A stretch of DNA of 31,867 nt from Macrostomum lignano (Eukaryota): contig NIVC01003135.1 of assembly GCA_002269645.1 (NCBI GenBank), forward strand, positions 1 to 31,867, in the 5' to 3' direction. Below the pieces are notes generated by a model. It was not told the origin of the DNA, did no database searches, and worked only from the letters and a program-made list of their open reading frames with translations. Each line of letters starts with the position of its first letter. Position 1 is the first letter of the stretch. The translations under genes and the position numbers were made by a program. Shown one piece after another: positions 30,394 to 31,867 of the stretch.

Positions 30394-31298
30394 TCAGATA
30401 AACATGCAGGGCTCCGGGAGGTCGCGATAGTAGGGCCAGCCGACTTGAGCGAAAAACCATCGGTACTCTTCGTCGAGGACCGTCAGCGCTGGCGGCGGGT
30501 TGGCTCTTATAGCTCGCTGGAGGCGATAGGCGACGTCCTGGAGAACAGCGACAGCTTCCTGGTAACTGAATTGATCCCTCAGAAACTTCAGGTGTGTCCA
30601 AATTTGCGAGCATTGGGGTAGCGCTGTCGGCTGTCGGATCGGTGGTATGCTACTTTCAGTGCGTATTGCTCAATGTGGAAGCGTAGCTTTTCCACCTCTG
30701 CTCCGCGAGTCTCCACAAGTTCTCGGACGATGCGATGAAAATCTCTCTGCGAATTCGATTGCTGCTGGCTCGGCTGTAGTGCTGATGGCTGGCTAGACTG
30801 CTGCGCTGATTGCAGGCTCGGCTGCAGCGCTGACTGCTGCGCTGATTGCAGGCTCGCTGCAGCGCTGACTGCTGCGCTGATTGCAGGCTCGGCTGCGACG
30901 CTGGCTGCTGAGCTGGCGGTGTCGCAGCTGTCGATTTCTTCTGCCGTGGTGCCGGGTCTTTCTCGATGATGGGGCAGCTGGCGGTGACACCAAACTGCTG
31001 CGTTCGGCTTGATGTCGATGATCCTGGCGTGGCCTTGACAACATAGGAGCGCACGGCGCAGCTGCCTGTGCTGCCACCAGGGCGCGCTTCTGCTCGGGGC
31101 CTTCGACCCTCATTTGGCGGCAAGGCGATGAAGCTGGCGATGATGTTCTTGGCCGTTTGCTGATACACCAGGCGCCTTTGGACGTGTTGTACATCGAAGC
31201 GGTGCCTCATTTTCATCGGTGTTGGGCGCTGGCTGGGGCTCCATATCGTCTGACAGATTGCCAATTAACTCGTCCAAGATATCAATAGAGTTGTTCAT
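30394..31298 (-). pseudogene. Intronless orphan ORF (~300 aa when three indels are corrected); pseudogene or assembly-indel-affected gene
   Basis: GC-rich island with coding-like codon use, from ATG 31298 to TGA 30394. It is broken at a homopolymer run (31210-31213), a 1-nt loss in one copy of a 36-bp coding repeat (~30856) and an AC duplication (~30592-30597). No recognisable domain. Confidence 0.5.
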
Positions 31299-31380
31299 TT
31301 GATTTCTCTGCGAATGGCTCTTAGAATAGAAAGGAAGCTAGCAGTGAGCTATGGGATCTGTGGGGCCTGCGGGGTGCTCG

Positions 31381-31447
31381 TATTTATAGGCTGGCGGGCC
31401 GAAAAACTGGACCTCTTCGAAGCACTCCCCTCGCGCGTGGGGCGGGG
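31381..31447 (-). promoter_or_regulatory. Candidate TATA box (TATAAATA, 31388-31381) and GC box (31439-31447) upstream of the orphan ORF
   Basis: Minus strand reads CCTATAAATA ~83 nt upstream of the ATG at 31298, with GGGGCGGGG ~50 nt further upstream. Confidence 0.5.
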
Positions 31448-31867
31448 CATGCCAGATTTGACAGATTTGACAACTAAATTTTTTATGGATTTTCTATTTC
31501 TTTTTAAACTTTTTTATTTTTTGATAGATTTTCTTGAGTAAAGTATCAAAATTAAAGATCGCATTTTGTAGATTAATATGGTATTTACAGATTCGCCTAT
31601 GTACACATGTCAAATTTTATAAGCAGATAAGTAATTCTAATACGGAATTTTAACTATTTAACACTGTTTCTTATGGGAAATTGCTTACGTCATGATTTAA
31701 GGTGCTAAATATTTCGCGTAGCGCCTTCGGGCACAAATCCTGTCGCGCCTTCTCTTTCTCTCCTTCGCTGAGTCATCCTAAAAGTTATACCTATTCTCTG
31801 GCTGAACTCGTCCTCCTCTAACTCTAATGCTCCTTCTTCTTCTTCTGATGGCCTCATCTGAGTCAGT

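Overview
Eukaryotic (animal) genomic DNA, not prokaryotic. GC-rich exons sit among minisatellite-filled introns and AT-rich spacers, a style resembling the flatworm Macrostomum lignano (inference from sequence style only). Four spliced genes were reconstructed by hand, all on the minus strand: Axin (5 exons, ~709 aa, RGS...DIX), mitochondrial ribosomal protein MRPS2 (4 exons, ~357 aa), mitochondrial Era GTPase ERAL1 (5 exons, ~583 aa) and the first exon of an SLC13-family Na+/carboxylate-sulfate transporter running off the left edge. The best candidate system is the tandem MRPS2-ERAL1 pair: both act in mitoribosomal small-subunit biogenesis, and each has a splice acceptor 9-12 nt upstream of its ATG, as expected for an SL trans-spliced operon. 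Each of the 11 complete introns contains its own tandem array. The window also holds a tRNA-derived SINE with a 13-bp TSD, decayed mariner, P-element and Gypsy fragments, a PHD-finger ORF, and a frameshifted intronless ~300-aa orphan ORF with a TATA promoter. Most long ORFs in the six-frame track are repeat artefacts.
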